Positions 56,719 through 64,000 of a stretch of 64,000 nt of DNA are shown here, piece by piece (positions within the stretch are counted from its first letter, which is position 1; the number at the start of each line of letters is the position of its first letter). The notes beneath the pieces were generated by a model, which saw only the letters and a list, made by a program, of their open reading frames with translations, did no database searches and was not told where the DNA came from. The stretch is taken from positions 192,001 to 256,000 of the forward strand of contig CAXRHT010000003.1 in assembly GCA_964230645.1 (NCBI GenBank), in the 5' to 3' direction. A program made the position numbers and the translations under genes. This DNA comes from Bdellovibrionales bacterium. GTDB taxonomy: Bacteria; Bdellovibrionota; Bdellovibrionia; Bdellovibrionales; JAGQZY01.

Positions 56719-57333
56719 ATGGATTTTATTGCTTTTGACTTAGAAACTACAGGGACCGTGGCCGGAGTGGATCAAATAGTGGAAATTGGTGCGGTTCGCT
56801 ATCGAAATTATCAACCGGAAGGCACTTACTCTACTTTGGTGAATCCTCGCAAATCAATGCCTGAAGGAGCCACTGCAGTTAATGGCATCACTGATGATAT
56901 GTTAGTTGGTAAGCCGTTTATCGAAGATTTACTTGAATCATTTACGGAGTTTTGTGGGGACTTGCCTATTGTGGCTCATAACGCTCCTTTTGACTGTCAG
57001 TTTTTAAAATCCGATATTTTGAAGCACGAAATCCCCGGCCCTCGAGGTATAGTACTCGACACCCTTCCTATTTCTAGAAAAGTTTTCCCCGGTCTTGCGA
57101 ACTATAAGCTTGGAACCTTGATTCAACATTTGGATTTGCCAGCTGGACAATTTCATAGGGCTGAGGAAGATGCCTCTTATTGTGGAAACCTATTTATTGA
57201 AATTTTAAAGAAAATTTTCAACCCAGGAGAAGAGGTCGTAGTCGATAATTTGGTGGCTCTTACGGGACGGCCAGAATACCGTTTTCCCGTTGTTGAGAAA
57301 TCAGAGAAGCAACTCGAGCTGAGTCTTCTATAA
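56719..57333 (+). CDS. DEDDh 3'-5' exonuclease (DnaQ/PolC-like)
   Basis: FDLETTG, EIGAV, AHNAPFD, DTL, HRAEEDA. Confidence 0.92.
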   Translation: MDFIAFDLETTGTVAGVDQIVEIGAVRYRNYQPEGTYSTLVNPRKSMPEGATAVNGITDDMLVGKPFIEDLLESFTEFCGDLPIVAHNAPFDCQFLKSDILKHEIPGPRGIVLDTLPISRKVFPGLANYKLGTLIQHLDLPAGQFHRAEEDASYCGNLFIEILKKIFNPGEEVVVDNLVALTGRPEYRFPVVEKSEKQLELSLL

Positions 57334-57362
57334 GGCGAGTTTCAGTAAGTTCGCCTATTTAA

Positions 57363-58574
57363 TCACTCGGTCACGTAAAAGGGATTGCTATAAATCCATC
57401 CAAACCATTTTTCACGATCTGGAAGTGGGAGAAGGGGCTGAATCTTTACTTCCACTCGGTAAACACCGGGACTCTCGATTGTTGCAATTGTTTTTACCTT
57501 GTTAGAGCTAAAGAAGACTTGTCCGTCCTTTATAATATCCACCGTGAAAGGAACATTGAGTCCTTTGGGGAGGTCCACCTGAAGAGTGGCTCCAGGAGAT
57601 AAAGACACCTTTGTCCCCATGAGATGGCGGGCTCCGTTTTGTTTTATGTAAGCAGCAAAACCTTTCGGACTTCCCAAGCTATCGAAAGCAAAATAAAAAT
57701 GCCCACCTCTTAGAGCGTTGAAAATCTTTTTCCGATCCGACTGAACATGTCCGGTCAACTCTCCTTCTAGTAAAATATGATTTGAGGCAAACTGAAAAGA
57801 TTTTGCATAGCTAGGAAAGGTGAAGTTTAGGCCCAAAAATTTAAAGATTTTTGCTGTGGTTTCATTTCCCATAAAGCCAAGTGTTTTTGAATTTTGATTG
57901 AGCTGGTCCCATAGTTCCAACTCACGTTTTGGTTCTTTGATCAGTCTAAGAAGAGATATTTTTGGATTGAAGGGATAGGTAAAAATCGACCATATAAAAC
58001 TGGCTTTTTCTTTGAACCAAACATCCTGCCACACATGGCGTAGATTAATAACCTCGATCCCATCAAGACCAACCGGGTAAGCTCCTGTCCATTTATGGTG
58101 TTTTTTAAAGGGATGGGCCAGCACTGCGAGAAAATCTTTACTGGCATGGGGTGGTTCGGAAAAATGTTGATGGAGTCGTGCATTGGCATCACTAAGGCTA
58201 TTGAAATAAAAATCGGGATCTTGACTGTATATCAAGAGGTGAGAATCCAGATAGCTAATCTTTTGATTTGAAAAGGTAAACACATTGCCTTGGTAACCAA
58301 AAATTTTGTAGGGACGATCAAGGAGATTCAAATCTGTAAAAAATAAAAAACTAAGGTCCGCTTGAGCCGCCTCTAGGAGAATTTTGGGAGGGGCTAAGCT
58401 TCCCTTTGAGTAAGAGGTCACTACATGGGAAACACCATTGTAGTCATGAAAAATTTCATGCTCTTGACCCATCATTTTAGTATTAAAGATGCTGATATCA
58501 AAGGTCGCGAAATAGAAGCCAAAACTAAAATAGACAAGAATGATAAAACTTAGAAATAGAAAAAATTTTCTCAT
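57363..58574 (-). CDS. Membrane-anchored PHP-like (CehA/McbA-type) protein with degenerate metal motifs
   Basis: GVSHVVTSYSKG, FTDLN, AHP, DGIEVIN, WDQL, C-terminal WIYSNPFYV. Confidence 0.65.
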   Translation of the reverse strand: MRKFFLFLSFIILVYFSFGFYFATFDISIFNTKMMGQEHEIFHDYNGVSHVVTSYSKGSLAPPKILLEAAQADLSFLFFTDLNLLDRPYKIFGYQGNVFTFSNQKISYLDSHLLIYSQDPDFYFNSLSDANARLHQHFSEPPHASKDFLAVLAHPFKKHHKWTGAYPVGLDGIEVINLRHVWQDVWFKEKASFIWSIFTYPFNPKISLLRLIKEPKRELELWDQLNQNSKTLGFMGNETTAKIFKFLGLNFTFPSYAKSFQFASNHILLEGELTGHVQSDRKKIFNALRGGHFYFAFDSLGSPKGFAAYIKQNGARHLMGTKVSLSPGATLQVDLPKGLNVPFTVDIIKDGQVFFSSNKVKTIATIESPGVYRVEVKIQPLLPLPDREKWFGWIYSNPFYVTE

Positions 58575-59902
58575 CGTTTCTCCACACTCATGTATTTGAA
58601 TTTTGGTGAAATTGAAACCTCGTTGGTTTCTACATATCCGGGGAAAAGTTCGGAGAAGTTGGGGTTGCTCCAATCTTCTGTCAAAAATCTGAATTTTTCT
58701 GGGAATTCGTGACACTGATCAATAAAATGAAAATGATCAATTCGTCCTGATTTTGGAAGCTTACAGAAAAGTTGTCCTGTCTTGAAGGTGAGGAAAGCGG
58801 AAAGTTGGTAGCTGTATGTAAGATAGGTTTGGCTGAGATCGATTTGACCTAAGAGGGGTTCAAATTTTTGTGCTTCATAGAGGTTGAGGCGACTTATGGG
58901 GGCCGTTCGGCTAAATGGAATAGATGCTAGCGCTAGTCCTAAAAGCAGGAGCCACACACAAAGGCTTTGTTTGATCCAGCGAAAATCTTTTTGCTCGATG
59001 TGCTTAATGCAAAGAACATAAAGTGGGGGGAGGGCCATGATCACCCAGTTGGCCTCCACGCGTCCTTTGAAAGAAGAATAAAAGAAAAAAGCAAAAGGGA
59101 AAATAACGAAGGGGAAGAGAGGGTCTTTGATGCAGGCTTTGCTTTTCTTATAAACAAAATAGAGAAAAGGAGGGAAGATAATAAGAAGTTGAGTACCGAC
59201 ATACTCCAGAGGGAAGTACCATTTCCAATATTTACCGGCCATTCCATGTTTCCACTGAAAAGAAAAAGAGGCCCAGTCATGGGTGTAATTCCAGTAGAAA
59301 ACGGGCAGGCAAAGAAGGGTCGCCACAATCACACTGAAAAGAGCTTTTAAGTTTAGGAGCTTCTGAAAGGCTCTCTTTTGAAAAATAAGAATTAATAAAC
59401 AAGGAAGAAAAAGGACAATTTGGTATTTTGATAAAAATCCCAGTCCTAGTGCAGTCCCGAGCCCAAGATAATCGGAGAGTTTGCCATCTCTTAAGACTCT
59501 CATTGAGAATAGTGTTGCCAAAGACCAGAAGAAAACGAGGGGAATATCTGGGGTCGCTACGATCGCGCCCAAACCCCATAGAGGGTTCAAAAGAGCAATG
59601 GCAAGAAACCAAAACAAGGCTTTAGAGCTTACAAAAGCTCTCAAATACTGAATCCAAATCAAAAGAGTTAAATGACTAAACAGAATAAACGGCCACCGGA
59701 TGGCACCCTCTCCCAAGGTCTTTAGAGGTTGTGAAAGCATCATAATCCATCCCACCATCGGAGGGTGATCAAAGTAGCTTAGAGATAAATATTGTCCCCA
59801 AATAAAATAGTAGTACTCATCAAGAGTTACGGGAGTAATCCAGGCCAGAATCAATTTTAAAACAAAGCTGATGAAAAATAAATTTTTAAGACTGGGCTTC
59901 AC
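58571..59902 (-). CDS. ArnT/PMT (GT39/GT83)-family membrane glycosyltransferase
   Basis: DEYYY..W...L..SYFDHPP, TPD.PL..FW, LGFLSKY, P...WN. Confidence 0.9.
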   Translation of the reverse strand: MKPSLKNLFFISFVLKLILAWITPVTLDEYYYFIWGQYLSLSYFDHPPMVGWIMMLSQPLKTLGEGAIRWPFILFSHLTLLIWIQYLRAFVSSKALFWFLAIALLNPLWGLGAIVATPDIPLVFFWSLATLFSMRVLRDGKLSDYLGLGTALGLGFLSKYQIVLFLPCLLILIFQKRAFQKLLNLKALFSVIVATLLCLPVFYWNYTHDWASFSFQWKHGMAGKYWKWYFPLEYVGTQLLIIFPPFLYFVYKKSKACIKDPLFPFVIFPFAFFFYSSFKGRVEANWVIMALPPLYVLCIKHIEQKDFRWIKQSLCVWLLLLGLALASIPFSRTAPISRLNLYEAQKFEPLLGQIDLSQTYLTYSYQLSAFLTFKTGQLFCKLPKSGRIDHFHFIDQCHEFPEKFRFLTEDWSNPNFSELFPGYVETNEVSISPKFKYMSVEKR

Positions 59903-60861
59903 GGAAATTCAAGTTCGATGGGTTTGTTAAACTTACCGGGAACCTTTTTTTCTTCATCGTTAAAAGAAACCTGCACGGCTCCGCCGTTATTAACCTTAAG
60001 CTTAATCGGTGTGGAAAAAACAAGGGTTTTGGATTCGTTACTTTTTAAAAGCATGACCTGCACAAAACCATCTGCCCAAATAATCTCTGCACGAATGGGT
60101 TCAAGAGCTGTAATAACAAGTTTGTTGTCTGATTCAACAACTGAGGACTCCTCTTCCACATCTCCTGCAAAATTGTTGTTTTCTTCAAAAGCTTTGGAAG
60201 CCGGCGGAGTCTTTTCAGAATCAGAGGTCTTAGTCTCTGTGGGTTTAGATTCCTCACTCACAGTCTTGGATTTCTCTTCAACAATATTTGTGTTGGTTTT
60301 TTCTGTAGATTCTGAAGCCGTGGCTTGATCTTGTGTTTGTTCGGTGGGATTCACTTCTTCACTAGCCGCTGTATTGAGGTCAGTTTCATCCTCTTCTTCT
60401 GTTTCAGAATACACAGAAGGTGGCAGGGCTTCCTCCTCAGAGTAGGAGTTGAGTTTCTCAATAACAAAATAGATACCAACGATGAGGCTTAAAATAACGA
60501 CAAGGCTGATAATTATACCAAGAGAGCGAGGAATCTGAAATCGGCCCACTGGCTGAGACTGGGTAAGCTCGTCATCATGCCTGGTTGAAGAAGAGGGTGT
60601 TGGCTCCTCAACGGGAAGACTCGTTTCTTCCCTGAAGGCCTCTTCACAAAATTGGTCCACTTTATCCATGTCGGCCCGAAGTTCTCTGGCATAGCTTTTG
60701 ATAAGTCCAATACAAAAGACTTTTGCTGGAAGGGCGGCCTTGTCTCCCTCCTCAATAGCAGAAAGTTTGTACTTATGAATCTTGGTTCGCTTTGCAACAT
60801 CTTCAAGATTTAAGTTTTGACTTTCTCTTAGTTTTTTTAAGTAATTACCCAGTTCTTTCAT
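59899..60861 (-). CDS. rodZ: RodZ-like cytoskeleton protein (HTH, TM, periplasmic DUF4115-like domain)
   Basis: LGNYLKKLRE..NL.LEDVA..TKI...L.AIEEG...LP..VF..G.IKSYA; TM; C-terminal GAVQVSFN. Confidence 0.82.
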   Translation of the reverse strand: MKELGNYLKKLRESQNLNLEDVAKRTKIHKYKLSAIEEGDKAALPAKVFCIGLIKSYARELRADMDKVDQFCEEAFREETSLPVEEPTPSSSTRHDDELTQSQPVGRFQIPRSLGIIISLVVILSLIVGIYFVIEKLNSYSEEEALPPSVYSETEEEDETDLNTAASEEVNPTEQTQDQATASESTEKTNTNIVEEKSKTVSEESKPTETKTSDSEKTPPASKAFEENNNFAGDVEEESSVVESDNKLVITALEPIRAEIIWADGFVQVMLLKSNESKTLVFSTPIKLKVNNGGAVQVSFNDEEKKVPGKFNKPIELEFP

Positions 60862-60862
60862 T

Positions 60863-61639
60863 TTATTTTGTTTCTGTAATCTTCATTAGTTTAATCATTT
60901 CTTCAATCTTTTCACGATTGGGACCTTTAGGAAACTTTTTAAGTCCCTCTTCCAATCGAGCAATGGCTTTTTCTTTGAAGCCTAAACGGAAAAATGCAAT
61001 GGCACTATAGTAGTGCGGTTCGTCGAAGCCTTTCCTTTTACAGTGGTAGATCGCTTGATCCAAAGCTTTGGCGGCCTGCTGATACTGCTCTTTTTCTATC
61101 TGAACACGTCCGTAATAATTGTAACCCAAGCAATTGTTTCTATTAAGGCTGATCGACTTTAAAAAATAACTTTCACTTTTGTCATAGCGATTCTCGAAAA
61201 AGTAACTCAGTCCCAGGTTTAGCCAAACTTTATCTTTTGCCCCGTAAGTAAGGTCGTTGGCAGCGACACTCAGGTGCTTTCGGGCCGCGGAGTAATCGCT
61301 CATATCGATGTACACCCGTCCAAGGTTATTATGAGCCTCTGAGTATTTAGGTTTAAGATCGATGGCTTCTTTTAGGGCGACGACCGCGTGTTCGTACTCT
61401 TGTAAAAAATAATACGCAAGGCCTAGGTGATTAGAAATGAGCGCACTATCGGGGTCGAGTTCTTTAGCTATTAAAAATTGTTCAAGGGCCTCTGGTTTTT
61501 TACCTTGGGCTAAAAGATTAACCCCAAGACGAAAATGGCTGTAAGCCACCTTGTGATTGCCTTTGTCTGAAGACTGACAGGCTCCAAGAAAGACAACCAA
61601 AATTAATGTAGTTATTGGAAGTTTGATAGAGCACTGCAT
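60863..61639 (-). CDS. TPR lipoprotein, PilF/PilW/Tgl-like pilotin
   Basis: LGAC lipobox; AHNNLG and WLNLG TPRs; sits in an ndk-methyltransferase-TPR-rodZ gene order. Confidence 0.8.
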   Translation of the reverse strand: MQCSIKLPITTLILVVFLGACQSSDKGNHKVAYSHFRLGVNLLAQGKKPEALEQFLIAKELDPDSALISNHLGLAYYFLQEYEHAVVALKEAIDLKPKYSEAHNNLGRVYIDMSDYSAARKHLSVAANDLTYGAKDKVWLNLGLSYFFENRYDKSESYFLKSISLNRNNCLGYNYYGRVQIEKEQYQQAAKALDQAIYHCKRKGFDEPHYYSAIAFFRLGFKEKAIARLEEGLKKFPKGPNREKIEEMIKLMKITETK

Positions 61640-61660
61640 TTGATAAAACTATCAAATTTT

Positions 61661-62797
61661 TCAGCATTTAGCAGTGTTTGAGAGGGTGTCGCTGTGCAGA
61701 AAAGCCAGGCACTCCAGGTGGGAGGTTTGGGGAAACATATCAAAGGCTTCAATCGACTCGATAGTCCAAGCTTGCTGAGAAAGCTTTTGAAGGTCTCGTG
61801 CCAAAGTAGCCGGATGGCAACTAATATAAAGCAGGTCACTGGGTTTATTGGACTCTAAAAGTTCAAACAACTCAGGGGCACAGCCTGCTCGTGGTGGATC
61901 GATTAAAACCAGATCGTTCTCAGGGGTTAATTCACGAAAGCGTTCCACCACATCTCCGAGAAAAAATTCGAGATTGGGTCGTTTATTTTTAAGTGCTTTT
62001 TGAATATTAATGGGGTTGGAGTCAATACCAATGCAATGAACTTCTGGAAAGCGTTGAGCCAACTCGTTGGACCAATTTCCTTGGCCGCAATAGAGATCGA
62101 TAATCTTGCGAACTTTCTTCCTTTCCACAACTTCAACGACTCGATCCACAAGATTCTGGTTTTGAAGAGTATTAACTTGGCGAAAGCCTAATTTCGAATT
62201 CCCTTTTTTATCGACAGGAAAAATCTCAACTTCGCCTTGACTCATTTTTGCAAATTCATATTTGCCATTTCTTAATTTCACCCAGTTTTTGGGTTTAGAA
62301 ATAAAGTGATTGATCGCTTTGTCTGCAATAGGACATTCAGAGATTTGCACTTTTTGATGACTTCCTTTTTTAGAGTAATGAAGTCCGTCTTTGATTTTGT
62401 GGAGCTGAATGCGGTTGCGATAATTCCAAATCTCAGGGCTTTGAACAATTTCAGTCACTAAACTCTGACCATCTATCTTACCAACTCTTTCAAGTGTTTG
62501 GATGAGATTTTCTTTTTTCCAGTACAGCTGCTTTTCATAGGGAAGGTGTTGCCAATCACAACCACCACAAGTTCCAAAATAAGGACAGGGCGCAGTTTTA
62601 CGTTCATCGGCAGCTGAAATGATTTTTAAGATCTTGGCTGTTGCAAAATTCTTTTTCGATTGGGTAATCTCGACAAGAAGTTCATCGCCTGGACAGGCGA
62701 AGGGAATAAAGACAACTTTGTCATTAATGCGGCCAACTCCATCTCCAGAGTTGGCCACTGCAGTGACGACAACGGTTTGTTGTTCACCCTTGGTCAC
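61661..62797 (-). CDS. RNA (uracil-5)-methyltransferase, RlmD/TrmA family, with TRAM domain
   Basis: GDGVGR, CPYFGTCGGC.WQH, YRNR, FRQVN, DLYCGQG, DPPRAG, YISC, DMFPQTSHLE. Confidence 0.92.
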   Translation of the reverse strand: MTKGEQQTVVVTAVANSGDGVGRINDKVVFIPFACPGDELLVEITQSKKNFATAKILKIISAADERKTAPCPYFGTCGGCDWQHLPYEKQLYWKKENLIQTLERVGKIDGQSLVTEIVQSPEIWNYRNRIQLHKIKDGLHYSKKGSHQKVQISECPIADKAINHFISKPKNWVKLRNGKYEFAKMSQGEVEIFPVDKKGNSKLGFRQVNTLQNQNLVDRVVEVVERKKVRKIIDLYCGQGNWSNELAQRFPEVHCIGIDSNPINIQKALKNKRPNLEFFLGDVVERFRELTPENDLVLIDPPRAGCAPELFELLESNKPSDLLYISCHPATLARDLQKLSQQAWTIESIEAFDMFPQTSHLECLAFLHSDTLSNTAKC

Positions 62798-63220
62798 TTA
62801 TTTGTTTACGATCTCATGCTCTTCAAAGAAAAGTCCAAGTTCTCTTTGAGCACTCTCAGGGCTGTCACTTCCGTGCACAGCGTTTTCACCAACACTATCA
62901 CCAAATTCTTTACGAATGGTTCCAGCTTCGGCGTCTGCGGGATTCGTGGCACCCATCACTTCACGGTTTTTAGCGATGGCGTTGTCGCCACTTAAAGCCA
63001 TTAGAAGAACGGGACCAGAAGTCATAAAAGAAACAAGTTCTCCGAAGAAGGGGCGCTCTTTATGCTCAGCATAGAACTCCTCACATTGCTGCTTTGTCAA
63101 TTGGGTCATTTTTGCAGCAGCAATTTTAAGTCCATTGCTCTCGAACTTATTAATAATGGCACCAATGGCATTTTTTTTCATCGCATTGGGTTTGATAATT
63201 GAAAAAGTCACTTCACTCAT
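62798..63220 (-). CDS. ndk: Nucleoside-diphosphate kinase
   Basis: [31 protein letters not shown]. Confidence 0.98.
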   Translation of the reverse strand: MSEVTFSIIKPNAMKKNAIGAIINKFESNGLKIAAAKMTQLTKQQCEEFYAEHKERPFFGELVSFMTSGPVLLMALSGDNAIAKNREVMGATNPADAEAGTIRKEFGDSVGENAVHGSDSPESAQRELGLFFEEHEIVNK

Positions 63221-63231
63221 TTTGGTCTCCT

Positions 63232-64000
63232 TTATAGACTAGCTTTCAGTGTTGTTCCAAGATCAGCGGGGCTTTTTGAAATAGAGCAGCCGGCACTTTG
63301 AAGGGCTTCAAACTTACCTTCGGCTGTTCCTTTTCCACCACTTACAATAGCTCCCGCGTGTCCCATGCGCTTTCCTTTTGGAGCCGTGGCTCCAGCAATA
63401 AAACATGTCACGGGTTTTTTGAATTCTCTTTTAATGTATTCAGCCGCTTCTTCTTCGGCAGAGCCACCAATTTCTCCGATCATGATCACAGCATCGGTGT
63501 CTTTGTCGGCATTGTACATTTCAAGGACATCAATAAAATTGGTTCCGTTCACGGGGTCACCACCAATTCCCACACAAGTACTTTGGCCCAAACCTTGGGC
63601 GGTTAACTGATGAACCGCTTCATAAGTGAGAGTTCCAGAGCGGCTTAACACTCCAATGCGGCCTTCTTTATGAATGTGGCCTGGCATAATCCCAATTTTG
63701 CATTGTCCGGGGGTGATAACACCTGGACAGTTAGGTCCGATTAGGCGAGTTTTCTTTCCTTTCATATAGGCTTTAACCTTCACCATGTCGTTAATAGGGA
63801 TTCCCTCAGTAATACAAATAGCAAGAGGAATCTCGGCATCGACAGCTTCCATAATAGCATCAGCAGCAAAAGCAGGCGGTACATAAATAACCGTAGCGTT
63901 GGCACCGGTTTTCTCGACGGCTTCGTGAGTGGAATTAAAAACAGGAAGGTCCAAGTGGTTTGTGCCGCCCTTTCCTGGAGTGACTCCTCCTACCATTTGA
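63232..64000 (-). CDS. sucD: Succinyl-CoA ligase alpha subunit; 5' end lies outside the window
   Basis: [48 protein letters not shown]. Confidence 0.97.
   Translation of the reverse strand, partial: QMVGGVTPGKGGTNHLDLPVFNSTHEAVEKTGANATVIYVPPAFAADAIMEAVDAEIPLAICITEGIPINDMVKVKAYMKGKKTRLIGPNCPGVITPGQCKIGIMPGHIHKEGRIGVLSRSGTLTYEAVHQLTAQGLGQSTCVGIGGDPVNGTNFIDVLEMYNADKDTDAVIMIGEIGGSAEEEAAEYIKREFKKPVTCFIAGATAPKGKRMGHAGAIVSGGKGTAEGKFEALQSAGCSISKSPADLGTTLKASL

Overview
A gene-dense, moderately AT-rich bacterial chromosome segment. Gene content and order suggest a Bdellovibrionota (Bdellovibrio-like) organism; this is inferred from gene order and lipoprotein style, not from a database search. Housekeeping blocks: astD-like ALDH, mltG, pgeF-rluD, tsaB-rseP-cdsA-uppS-frr-pyrH-tsf-rpsB, priA, galU, nagZ with dppBC, sodC, groES-groEL, nadE, rodZ, pilF/tgl-like, rlmD-like, ndk and sucD. 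It also holds a cobalamin-riboswitch-controlled TonB receptor and a type IVb Tad/Flp pilus locus ending in a YD/RHS-repeat gene, which matches the arrangement I recall for the B. bacteriovorus hit locus. No hit (Bd0108)-like gene follows the RHS gene; a five-gene cytochrome c / Tat-exported DUF1501 / lipoprotein cassette sits there instead. The most unusual non-coding signal is a pair of ~200-nt rod-like hairpins (2519-2720 and 33840-34035). They share an 84-nt core (79/84 identical, with G-U pairs and a compensatory change), but each is closed by a different, near-perfect 34-bp or 53-bp inverted-repeat arm. A second repeat family (YGTC-tagged REP-like, with tandemly amplified half-units) occurs at 46501 and 56057. 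Other signals are sigma28-like promoters and a palindromic operator-like motif around the pilus genes, and a 43-aa basic ORF missed by the ORF track. I saw no rRNA, tRNA, CRISPR array, transposase or integrase.
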